Assembly: GCA_016839945.1 (NCBI GenBank)
Contig: JAEOTE010000109.1
Span: forward strand, 1-10,544
Source: Candidatus Heimdallarchaeota archaeon
GTDB taxonomy: Archaea > Asgardarchaeota > Heimdallarchaeia > Heimdallarchaeales > Heimdallarchaeaceae
Length of the DNA: 10,544 nt
Direction: 5' to 3'
The notes beneath the pieces were generated by a model. That model had not been told where the DNA came from, made no database searches, and saw nothing but the letters and a program-made list of their open reading frames with translations. Position numbers and translations under genes: made by a program. Shown here one piece after another: positions 1 to 7,316 of the stretch; positions within the stretch are counted from its first letter, which is position 1; every line of letters starts with the position of its first letter.

Positions 1-2
1 AA

Positions 3-1481
3 AAGCTTTGGCATGAAGGAGCGGAAATCGGTGAGAAACACGATTTATCGCATTTGCAGATATCTTCTCTTTCTAATATAGCTGTACTTCTTGCTTTTAG
101 AGGTGAATTAGATTTAGCTTTAGAAACAAGACAAAAAATCTTTAAAATCGCTAAAGATAAAATGAGCAAATTGGCTATTGCACTTCTAATATCACCTTTA
201 GCTTGGGCTTATTTTAATAAAGTTGATTACAAAAAATACTTCGAACTAATGCAAGAAAAATTGAGATTAGCTGAAGAACTGAAACTTAAAAAAATGATAG
301 CTCATGCTTATTCTGCAATAGGAACTTATTATGTTGCAGTTCTCAATTATGATGACGCTTTAGAACACTATAATCGCAGTCTTGAAATCCACAAGCGCAT
401 GGATAACGATATTGAAGCTTCATTTTTACAGAACTATATTGGCAATGTATATTATCTAAAAGGAGATTTAGATAAAGCTTTGGAATATTACGAGAAAGCT
501 TTACTTGTGTTGGAAACCAACCAACCTCAGGGATGGTTTGCAATTATTTCTGATTTGGCGGAAGTATATTTACAAAAAGGAGACTTAGAAACATCGTTGG
601 AATATCTAGAAAAATTAATGACAATACAAAAAGGATTTCAGAATCAATTTGGTATATCTCATATTTTAACCGAACAAGGAAAGATTTACTGGCAAAAGGG
701 TATGAAAGAACAAGCATTAGCTTTAATTCAAGATGGTTTAGTTATAAGACAGAAAATTGATAATAAGAGTCTTATAGCTAACAGTTTGTCTTATCTAATT
801 CAATTCAACGTTGAGTTAAAGAATATAGAATCAGCAAAAAAATACTTCGAATCTTTAGAGTTAATCAACCAAGAAACTAAAATTAAACAAGTGAATCATA
901 ATTACAAATTTTCTGAAGCTTTAATCCTTAAATCAAGTTCTGAATTACGAGATAGACTTAAAGCTGAAGTGCTTCTTGAACAACTAATAGAAGACGATCC
1001 TAGCTATTCAGTATTGGTTCAAGTTTTGTTAAATCTATGTGATCTCCTTATACTTGAAATGAAAGAGATTGATGATTCCAAAGTGCTTGAAAAGATCTAC
1101 ATATATGTGAATAAACTTCAAGAGATGCTAGAGATGAACAAATCTCATCTATTACATGTTGAAACTATTAGACTGAATGCTCAACTAGCTTTACTTGAAT
1201 TTGATATTGACCATGCAAGATCTCTTTTACTCAAAGCTCTAAACATAGCTCAAAAGAACAATTTAGATAGATTAGTTTTAGATATGCTTCAGCAACAAGA
1301 GAAACTCACTAAACAATCAATTGAATTAAAGGCTTTAGAAAAAACTTCTTCAACTATATCGCAAAGAATGACAATTGTAGAATTTGATGATTCAATCTCA
1401 ATAATCAAAAAAACAAGTATAACAGAAACAGTGAAAAAGGATGAAGAAATTTCAAACAAATTGTTTTCAATTCAGATATAA
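3..1481 (+). CDS. Tetratricopeptide-repeat (TPR) protein, 5'-truncated by the window edge
   Basis: The frame is open from position 3 (KLWHEGAEIGEKHDLSHL...), so TTG at 54 is probably not the true start. It has ~40-aa TPR_12/MalT-like repeats, e.g. AHAYSAIGTYYVAVLNYDDALEHYNRSLEI, NYIGNVYYLKGDLDKALEYYEKAL, SDLAEVYLQKGDLETSLEYLEKL and TEQGKIYWQKGMKEQALALIQDGL. The C-terminus is helical with no TM segment. Confidence 0.9.
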   Translation, partial: KLWHEGAEIGEKHDLSHLQISSLSNIAVLLAFRGELDLALETRQKIFKIAKDKMSKLAIALLISPLAWAYFNKVDYKKYFELMQEKLRLAEELKLKKMIAHAYSAIGTYYVAVLNYDDALEHYNRSLEIHKRMDNDIEASFLQNYIGNVYYLKGDLDKALEYYEKALLVLETNQPQGWFAIISDLAEVYLQKGDLETSLEYLEKLMTIQKGFQNQFGISHILTEQGKIYWQKGMKEQALALIQDGLVIRQKIDNKSLIANSLSYLIQFNVELKNIESAKKYFESLELINQETKIKQVNHNYKFSEALILKSSSELRDRLKAEVLLEQLIEDDPSYSVLVQVLLNLCDLLILEMKEIDDSKVLEKIYIYVNKLQEMLEMNKSHLLHVETIRLNAQLALLEFDIDHARSLLLKALNIAQKNNLDRLVLDMLQQQEKLTKQSIELKALEKTSSTISQRMTIVEFDDSISIIKKTSITETVKKDEEISNKLFSIQI

Positions 1482-1493
1482 AACTAATTTCTA

Positions 1494-1551
1494 CAATAAT
1501 TTTATTAATTCTAGTTGTATAGCAAGCTCAGTACACCTTTGAGTGAATGAA
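1494..1551 (+). promoter_or_regulatory. Archaeal promoter (BRE + TATA TTTATTAA at 1501-1508) and short leader with SD-like TGAGTGA
   Basis: CAATAATTTTATTAAT...CAGTA...TTGAG aligns without gaps to 3495-3552, upstream of the paralog. Confidence 0.65.
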
Positions 1552-3426
1552 ATGAATAAAAAAATACCAATTGGAATGGTAATAATAGGAATTATAATTT
1601 TATCATTAAGTTTCAAAACAAATGCAGTAACTTCTTTTAATACAGAAAAACAAGTAATTAATTCGATATCCTTAGCTCTAGCTCCTCATGAACCTATTGA
1701 GATTTTTAATGATGGAAATTTTAGCGATTATGGCTTTTCTGGTTCAGGAATTTCTGGAGATCCATTTATAATTGATAGCTATGAAATAATAACTACCAGC
1801 AATTATGGAATATTTATTAATGGGACAACAAAACACTTTGTCATAAGTAACTGTTATGTGGCTGCTTCTGGAACTGGAATTAGAATTTCTTTTGCATCTG
1901 AAGGAACAGCTTCTGTAGTTAATAACACATGTGTGAACCATCAATCTAATGGGATAATAATGATTGAATCATCTGTAGCTGAAATAGCAAACAATACTTG
2001 TATTAACAATGGTTATGGTATCTATCTATCCTCTTCTGATAAAATAAATGTAACAGATAATAAATGTAATTACAACCACCATTATGGTTTGAGAACAAGT
2101 TATTCTGCTGAGCTGATTATATCGAATAATAGTTTCAGCTACAATGATATTGGAATGTATTTGTATCATTCAAATACTACATCAATTTTGAATAGTACTT
2201 TAGATAATAATTTTGATTCAGGAATAATTATATCGCATACTTATCATGCTACACTGAAAAACAACTACTTCTACAATACTGGTCTTCATATCACCAAATA
2301 TTCTGCACCTAGATTTCTAACCTATACATTAGAGAACAATTGGGTGAATGATAAAAAGTTAGGATTTTTCATTAATCAAAACGAAGTTACACTTATAGAT
2401 CCTATATATGGTCAGCTAATCATAATAAATTGCATTGAAGTAGTTGTTCGTAATCAAGAGATATTTAATACAAATACAGCTTTATTCATTGCAGATTGTG
2501 AGGATTGTATAATTACAGATAATATTTGTAATAACAATAAAATGGATGGAATCTATATCTGTGATTCTTCAATAATAACATTAACTGATAATGTTTGTAA
2601 TAACAATTATGCAGCCGGAATCGAATTGTCTTATTCAACAACAGCTATTGTAAGTAATAATAACTGCAGTAGTAATGCTGAATATGGTATGCTTTTGAGA
2701 ACTGTAGATAGTTTGACTTTAACAGAAAATTATGCTAGTGATAACAATGAAATTGGCTTCTCTATAACTGGTTGTCATGAAGCAACAGTAACAAATAACA
2801 TAGTCACTAAGAACGCAAATGGTCAAGGTTTAGAAATATATTACTGTCAAGATGCGATAGTGACAGATAACAATGTTACTAATAATGGGATAGGAATAAG
2901 TGTTGGAATTTCGCCTGGAACTATAATTGAGAATAACACTTGTGATGATAATGCAATTGGTATCTTCTTAATTTCATACAATAATACAATAACTAAAAAC
3001 ACTTGCAAGAAGAATACTGATAAGGGGATTTTCTTATATTTTTCAGATTATTGTCTGATTACATACAATCTCATACAAGAAAATTATGGATATGGATTAT
3101 ACTTATCTGATAAAAGTAAAGAAAACAAAATTCACCATAATTCTTTCATAGCTAACAATCCAGGAGGAACATCTCAAGCATATGATATTGGCGTTAACAA
3201 CACTTGGTATGATGAAGAAACTAAAGAAGGAAACTACTGGTCTGAGTGGAGAAGTAAGAATCCGTATCCTATCGATGGTAATGCTAACTCTACTGATCCT
3301 TATCCATTAAACGAAGAGATGAAAAGGATAAACTATGAATTTATGTACCTTCCATCAATTATTCTTATGGCTCTTTTATTTAGCGTCTTAGGAAAAAGAA
3401 AACAAAAACTAAAAAACAATGATTAA
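1552..3426 (+). CDS. Secreted, C-terminally anchored right-handed parallel beta-helix (NosD/CASH-repeat) surface protein; ORF track start 1543, likely start ATG 1552
   Basis: Signal peptide MNKKIPIGMVIIGIIILSLSF. N-cap HEPIEIFNDGNF..GSGISGDPFII. Many ~22-24-aa repeats of the form NNxCxxNxxGIxL. Mid-protein linker NNWVNDKKLGFF...GQLIIINC. C-cap IHHNSF...GNYWSEW...DPYPL, then a TM helix and KRKQK tail. Confidence 0.88.
   Translation: MNKKIPIGMVIIGIIILSLSFKTNAVTSFNTEKQVINSISLALAPHEPIEIFNDGNFSDYGFSGSGISGDPFIIDSYEIITTSNYGIFINGTTKHFVISNCYVAASGTGIRISFASEGTASVVNNTCVNHQSNGIIMIESSVAEIANNTCINNGYGIYLSSSDKINVTDNKCNYNHHYGLRTSYSAELIISNNSFSYNDIGMYLYHSNTTSILNSTLDNNFDSGIIISHTYHATLKNNYFYNTGLHITKYSAPRFLTYTLENNWVNDKKLGFFINQNEVTLIDPIYGQLIIINCIEVVVRNQEIFNTNTALFIADCEDCIITDNICNNNKMDGIYICDSSIITLTDNVCNNNYAAGIELSYSTTAIVSNNNCSSNAEYGMLLRTVDSLTLTENYASDNNEIGFSITGCHEATVTNNIVTKNANGQGLEIYYCQDAIVTDNNVTNNGIGISVGISPGTIIENNTCDDNAIGIFLISYNNTITKNTCKKNTDKGIFLYFSDYCLITYNLIQENYGYGLYLSDKSKENKIHHNSFIANNPGGTSQAYDIGVNNTWYDEETKEGNYWSEWRSKNPYPIDGNANSTDPYPLNEEMKRINYEFMYLPSIILMALLFSVLGKRKQKLKNND
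3226..3310 (+). repeat. 85-bp direct repeat, copy 1 (encodes EGNYWSEWRSKNPYPIDGNANSTDPYPL)
   Basis: 82/85 nt identical to 4753-4837. The three differences are synonymous (TCT/TCC, GAG/GAA, CCG/CCA). Confidence 0.95.
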
Positions 3427-3438
3427 ACCTTTAAGAAA

Positions 3439-3462
3439 TTTTTTCTTTTTTTCTTTTCATTT
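3439..3462 (+). terminator. Oligo-T archaeal-type terminator
   Basis: T6-C-T7-C-T4 tract beginning 13 nt after the stop at 3426. Confidence 0.6.
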
Positions 3463-3494
3463 CCTTACATTCTTCGAAATCGATGGAGTTATTC

Positions 3495-3552
3495 CAATAA
3501 TTTTATAAATCCAAATTGAATGAATTTGGCAGTATACTCTTGAGGGAAAATA
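3495..3552 (+). promoter_or_regulatory. Archaeal promoter (BRE + TATA TTTATAAA at 3502-3509) and leader with SD-like TGAGGG
   Basis: Canonical TTTATAAA box begins 51 nt before GTG 3553, the same spacing as in the paralog promoter. Confidence 0.7.
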
Positions 3553-4944
3553 GTGAACAAAAAATCACAATTAGGAATTTTAGTTACTGGAATAATCATT
3601 TTGTTTTTAAGTATAAATACAATCCCAGCTACTACTTCTTTCAGCATAATTAATCAGAAAGACAATCGACTAAATTTTGTTTTGTCATCACGTCCATCAA
3701 GACTTCTCGATTTATCTCTAGTTCCACATTTAGCAATTGAAATTACTCATGATGATAATTTCACAGATTATGGTCTTCCTGGTTTAGGAACAAAAGAAGA
3801 TCCTTATGTTATAGAAAATTATAATATTACTACTACAAGTGATAAAGGAATCTATATCACTGGTACTACTAAATACTACATTATTCGAAATTGTTACGTA
3901 GACGCGGATAGAACTGGTATCTTTATAGATTCTACTAATTATGTTGTAGGAGATACTAATATAGTGAATAACACTTGTACTCAAAATAGATATTATGGAA
4001 TCCATATTAATTGGTCTGTTGGAGCCAATGTAACAAATAATACATGTACATACAATGGTTATCATGGTATTATGGATACTAGTAGAGATTCTGTGATAAT
4101 TAATAACATTTGCAATAATAATGATTGTTATGGTATCTATTTGTGGGGTTCTTCTAATGCAATTGTATCAGATAATACATGTAAAGAAAACAGTAATGGT
4201 ATTTACTTGGAGGGTACCTCAAATTTGGAATTAACTCATAACATTTTCACTAGTAACATTAATGGTATCTGTCTTTGGAGATGCTCTTATAACACCCTTA
4301 TTGATAACATTTGTTCTGAAAACAGAGGGGAGGGCATTGAAACAGCTATGTCTTCCTGGATAAAAATGATAGAGAACATATGTGATAATAATGGTGCAGG
4401 TATCTATATAAACGATGGAGATTCTAATAACCTAACTGCGAATGTTGTTACAAACAATAAAAGAAAAGGAATTTGTTTAACAAATTCTGCTAGTGTTATG
4501 TTGTATGGGAATACCTGTAAAAACAATAGTTTAGGCATTGAAATTATAAACTCCTCTGATTTTTGTCTTGTTACTTACAATGTCTTAGAAGAAAATGTAA
4601 AATATGGTGTTTCAATAGGAGAATCCATCGAAACTGATAATCCTCGTAACAACACGATTCATCATAATACATTTATCAAAAATAACCTGAACGGTACTTC
4701 TCAAGCATTTGATGAAGGAAAACATACTACTTGGTATGAAGAACTAATAAATGAAGGAAACTACTGGTCCGAATGGAGAAGTAAGAATCCATATCCTATC
4801 GATGGTAATGCTAACTCTACTGATCCTTATCCATTAAGTAAAAAACTAGAGAAAATAAGTTATGAGATTATAATGATTATACCATCATTCTTTCTAATGG
4901 TTGCTTTCTATTGCACTAAAAGAAAAAGAAAAACAATTACTTGA
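3553..4944 (+). CDS. Secreted, C-terminally anchored right-handed parallel beta-helix (NosD/CASH-repeat) surface protein, paralog of 1552..3426
   Basis: Signal peptide MNKKSQLGILVTGIIILFLSI. N-cap HLAIEITHDDNF..GLGTKEDPYVIENY. NNTCxxNxxxGI repeats. Same GNYW...DPYPL cap, then TM helix and KRKRK tail. Lacks the mid-protein linker of the first copy. Confidence 0.88.
   Translation: MNKKSQLGILVTGIIILFLSINTIPATTSFSIINQKDNRLNFVLSSRPSRLLDLSLVPHLAIEITHDDNFTDYGLPGLGTKEDPYVIENYNITTTSDKGIYITGTTKYYIIRNCYVDADRTGIFIDSTNYVVGDTNIVNNTCTQNRYYGIHINWSVGANVTNNTCTYNGYHGIMDTSRDSVIINNICNNNDCYGIYLWGSSNAIVSDNTCKENSNGIYLEGTSNLELTHNIFTSNINGICLWRCSYNTLIDNICSENRGEGIETAMSSWIKMIENICDNNGAGIYINDGDSNNLTANVVTNNKRKGICLTNSASVMLYGNTCKNNSLGIEIINSSDFCLVTYNVLEENVKYGVSIGESIETDNPRNNTIHHNTFIKNNLNGTSQAFDEGKHTTWYEELINEGNYWSEWRSKNPYPIDGNANSTDPYPLSKKLEKISYEIIMIIPSFFLMVAFYCTKRKRKTIT
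4753..4837 (+). repeat. 85-bp direct repeat, copy 2
   Basis: 82/85 nt identical to 3226-3310; offset 1527 nt, same codon phase. Confidence 0.95.
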
Positions 4945-4953
4945 GAGACTAAT

Positions 4954-4967
4954 CTTCTTTTTTTTCT
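4954..4967 (+). terminator. Oligo-T terminator in the 23-nt gap between convergent genes
   Basis: T8 run at 4958-4965 following the stop at 4944. Confidence 0.55.
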
Positions 4968-5753
4968 TTATTCTTCTTCCATAAATTTAGAGTCTATGTA
5001 CCCTCCAAATAGTGAAAGATATTGAGTTAAACAATCATTCTCAGAAATTTTCTCCTCTTTTATATCTTTCTCAAATTCTTTCTTAATCTTGCTTAATTGT
5101 CGAACAAAGTTGGTTTTAACTTCATTAAGTTTAATTAAATGATCAATCTTTCCAGTTCTGATTAGAAAGATAGCATGACTCATGTTAGTGATCATTTTTT
5201 CGTTTTCCATGAATTCTTCTAGTTTATTATTTCTAGCAGCATACTTTAATTTCTCCTCATGAAGCGCAAAATTGTTTATTATCGTTTCCTGAACATTGCT
5301 AGTTAATGAATTCAACCTTTTCATGACTAAAGCTCTAGATCCTGTTTCCAGCAGTTTGGCAAGTCTAATAAGGTTGTTCTTACGAAATTCACTGAATTTT
5401 CCAGCTTCTAGCATGGTTCTTAGTTCTGATCCATCTCCTATCACGATATTCTCGCTTTCTTCAAATTCTTGAAAAGCTTGATCAGAGATTTTCCTTATAG
5501 CAGTAGATAAATTGTAAAATTTACCTTTTGTTGAAAACTTTCCTGCATCAGAAACAATTAATCCCTCATCGAAAAGCTGCTTAATGTGCCTGTATGTCGT
5601 TGGTTCAGGTTTATCAACAAGTTTTGATATTTGCCTATTATTCAAGGATCCATACCATTCTAAAGCTGTAATAATACTGAACTTAACTTCATCCTTGTAG
5701 ATGTTATCATAAACTTCAAGTATTTCAGCTTCGGTTTTCTTTTTCTGACTCAT
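4968..5753 (-). CDS. Winged helix-turn-helix (ArsR/HTH_20-like) transcriptional regulator with a ~170-aa uncharacterised C-terminal region
   Basis: N-terminal DEVKFSIITALEWYGSLNNRQISKLVDKPEPTTYRHIKQLFDEGLIV...KGKFYNLS fits a wHTH (recognition helix, L..L...GLI, wing with Y.L). It is divergent from the next gene across a palindrome. Confidence 0.82.
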   Translation of the reverse strand: MSQKKKTEAEILEVYDNIYKDEVKFSIITALEWYGSLNNRQISKLVDKPEPTTYRHIKQLFDEGLIVSDAGKFSTKGKFYNLSTAIRKISDQAFQEFEESENIVIGDGSELRTMLEAGKFSEFRKNNLIRLAKLLETGSRALVMKRLNSLTSNVQETIINNFALHEEKLKYAARNNKLEEFMENEKMITNMSHAIFLIRTGKIDHLIKLNEVKTNFVRQLSKIKKEFEKDIKEEKISENDCLTQYLSLFGGYIDSKFMEEE

Positions 5754-5783
5754 CTCTCTATCAGTTAGACTTTATAGAAAAAA

Positions 5784-5798
5784 CTTATAAAGATTTCG
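5784..5798 (-). promoter_or_regulatory. TATA box (TTTATAAG on minus strand, 5791-5784) with upstream BRE-like GAAATC for the regulator gene
   Basis: Minus strand reads CGAAATC-TTTATAAG; the box begins 38 nt before ATG 5753. Confidence 0.6.
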
Positions 5799-5800
5799 AA

Positions 5801-5825
5801 ATGAAAACGTTTTCATAATGAAAAC
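5801..5825. promoter_or_regulatory. Candidate operator: ATGAAAAC-GTTTTCAT-A-ATGAAAAC
   Basis: Perfect 16-bp palindrome at 5801-5816, plus a third identical half-site at 5818-5825 abutting the TATA box at 5826. Confidence 0.75.
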
Positions 5826-5833
5826 TTTATAAA
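5826..5833 (+). promoter_or_regulatory. TATA box TTTATAAA for the serine hydrolase operon
   Basis: Canonical box preceded by purine-rich GAAAAC. It begins 34 nt before ATG 5860, favouring a near-leaderless transcript that uses 5860 rather than 5851. Confidence 0.65.
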
Positions 5834-5859
5834 TGCATTAATACAAGAAGATGTTAGTA

Positions 5860-7029
5860 ATGAAAAAACGTTATTCCCTAGGACTTCCTTTTATTTGTCT
5901 TCTCTTACTATTCAGTTTTCACTTCTCTGTTTCAGACATTCAAGCTGAAGATAATTCCGTTAGAGGTTACTGGCCTACAGATGAATGGCAAACAGCTACT
6001 CCTAAAGAGAAAAACATGGATAGTGACAAACTTGAGGAGATGTTGGAGTTCATTGATGATGAAAATTCCAATTATGATTCTATCGTTTTAGTTCGTCATG
6101 GTTATATCATATTGGAAAAATATTATTTCAGTTATGGACCTGATGATATTCATCATCTTTGGTCTACTACAAAGAGTTTTATTTCCGCTCTTGTTGGTAT
6201 TGCATTAGATGAAGGATTGATTGGTAGTTTAAATGATAAAATGCTTGATTATTTCCCGAATAAAACTATCTCAAGCTATGAACCTAGAAGAGAAAATATA
6301 ACAATAGAACATCTCCTAACAATGTCTTCTGGCATTGCTTGGGACTTTTATTTACATCAAGCTATTTTTAATGGTCATGAGGATCCAGTTGAATTTGCAC
6401 TAAACCTACCATTAAATTTTGAACCAGGATCACAATTTGAATATATCAATGGAGGACCACATGTACTATCTGGTATAATCCACGAAGTTGTAGATTCAAC
6501 AGTAGAAGATTACGCAATAGAGAAACTATTCAATCCTATAGGAGTAAAAGATTTTTTGTGGAGAAAAGATCAACAGAATGTTACACAAGGATCTTATGCA
6601 TTGAATCTAAAACCAAGAGACTGTGCTAGATTTGGTTACCTCTATCTTAATAATGGCACATGGGATAATCACCAAGTAATTCCCTCGGATTGGATAAGGA
6701 AATCAACAGAAGAGTATTGGAATTTAACTTCTGAAGTGAGTTATGGCTACTTATGGTGGATTTATCCATACAATAATTGCTTTGCAACTAGAGGGTATGA
6801 AGAACAGAACATTTTTGTTTTACCTGAATACGATATAGTTTTCGTAACAACTGGTAAATCTCCTTCTAGTTCAGTAGATCCTAGATATTTAATTGATGAT
6901 TACATTATTCCCGCAGTAATGCAAAGCACAAACAAACTATCGAATAATTTCATTATCTCATTAATAGCAATTATTCCTGGACTTTTCATATATTATTCAA
7001 GGTCTACCAAAAGGAAGAGGTTCAAATGA
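5860..7029 (+). CDS. Exported, membrane-anchored serine hydrolase of the beta-lactamase class C/AmpC-like (NylB-type) family; ORF track start 5851, likely start 5860
   Basis: Signal peptide MKKRYSLGLPFICLLLLFSF..IQA. WPTDEW N-terminal motif, SxxK (STTK, 6163-6174), ITIEHLLTMSSG, PGSQFEYIN (YxN, 6442-6450), RDCARFGYLYLNNGTW, YGYLWW. C-terminal TM helix + KRKRFK. Confidence 0.9.
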   Translation: MKKRYSLGLPFICLLLLFSFHFSVSDIQAEDNSVRGYWPTDEWQTATPKEKNMDSDKLEEMLEFIDDENSNYDSIVLVRHGYIILEKYYFSYGPDDIHHLWSTTKSFISALVGIALDEGLIGSLNDKMLDYFPNKTISSYEPRRENITIEHLLTMSSGIAWDFYLHQAIFNGHEDPVEFALNLPLNFEPGSQFEYINGGPHVLSGIIHEVVDSTVEDYAIEKLFNPIGVKDFLWRKDQQNVTQGSYALNLKPRDCARFGYLYLNNGTWDNHQVIPSDWIRKSTEEYWNLTSEVSYGYLWWIYPYNNCFATRGYEEQNIFVLPEYDIVFVTTGKSPSSSVDPRYLIDDYIIPAVMQSTNKLSNNFIISLIAIIPGLFIYYSRSTKRKRFK

Positions 7030-7268
7030 TTGAAGTTAAACAATTTTTTATTTTTTATTCTATAACTTCTTTTATTATATTTTTATTCTATGTGGTTCTA
7101 AAATTATTAGCACTCCTAATTGACGGTTCATTTTGGGTTTTTGGAATACATGAAGTAATACTTGTTGGTTTTATTGGAACCTTTATCCCTATGCTTTTAG
7201 TTCTGATAATTCTTCCAAGAGTGATTATTTCTATTGGAAATTTATTCACTTTTAGCATTCAAACATAG
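7026..7268 (+). CDS. Small hydrophobic protein (80 aa, about 2 TM helices), unknown function
   Basis: ATGA start/stop overlap with the hydrolase gene suggests translational coupling. Two long hydrophobic stretches; followed by a T-tract. Confidence 0.55.
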   Translation: MIEVKQFFIFYSITSFIIFLFYVVLKLLALLIDGSFWVFGIHEVILVGFIGTFIPMLLVLIILPRVIISIGNLFTFSIQT

Positions 7269-7316
7269 AAATTAAAAAGACATTGAAAAACAATTTTTTT
7301 ATTTCTTATTCGAAGA
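7269..7316. terminator. Probable bidirectional oligo-T terminator region between convergent small ORFs
   Basis: T7 at 7294-7300 on the plus strand; two A5 runs (T5 on minus) at about 7274-7290. Confidence 0.45.

Noticed and set aside
343-543. 66-aa minus-strand ORF
   Set aside because: Lies antisense within the TPR gene and has no recognisable motif.
1744-1944. 66-aa minus-strand ORF
   Set aside because: Antisense shadow of the first beta-helix gene.
3784-4065. 93-aa minus-strand Ile-rich ORF
   Set aside because: Ile richness mirrors the AAT/GAT/TAT codons on the coding strand; a shadow ORF.
3226-4837. Diversity-generating retroelement TR/VR pair
   Set aside because: Both copies are coding, all differences are synonymous, one is C/T rather than at an adenine, the AAT/AAC codons are unchanged, and no reverse transcriptase is in the window.
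1552-4944. Assigning nosD (nitrous oxide reductase maturation) or a pectate lyase function
   Set aside because: Only the fold-level repeat is evident; there is no nos gene context or identifiable catalytic motif.
5860-7029. Calling the hydrolase a true ampC resistance gene
   Set aside because: It lacks the KTG motif and looks like the broader NylB/esterase-like group; the substrate cannot be determined from sequence.
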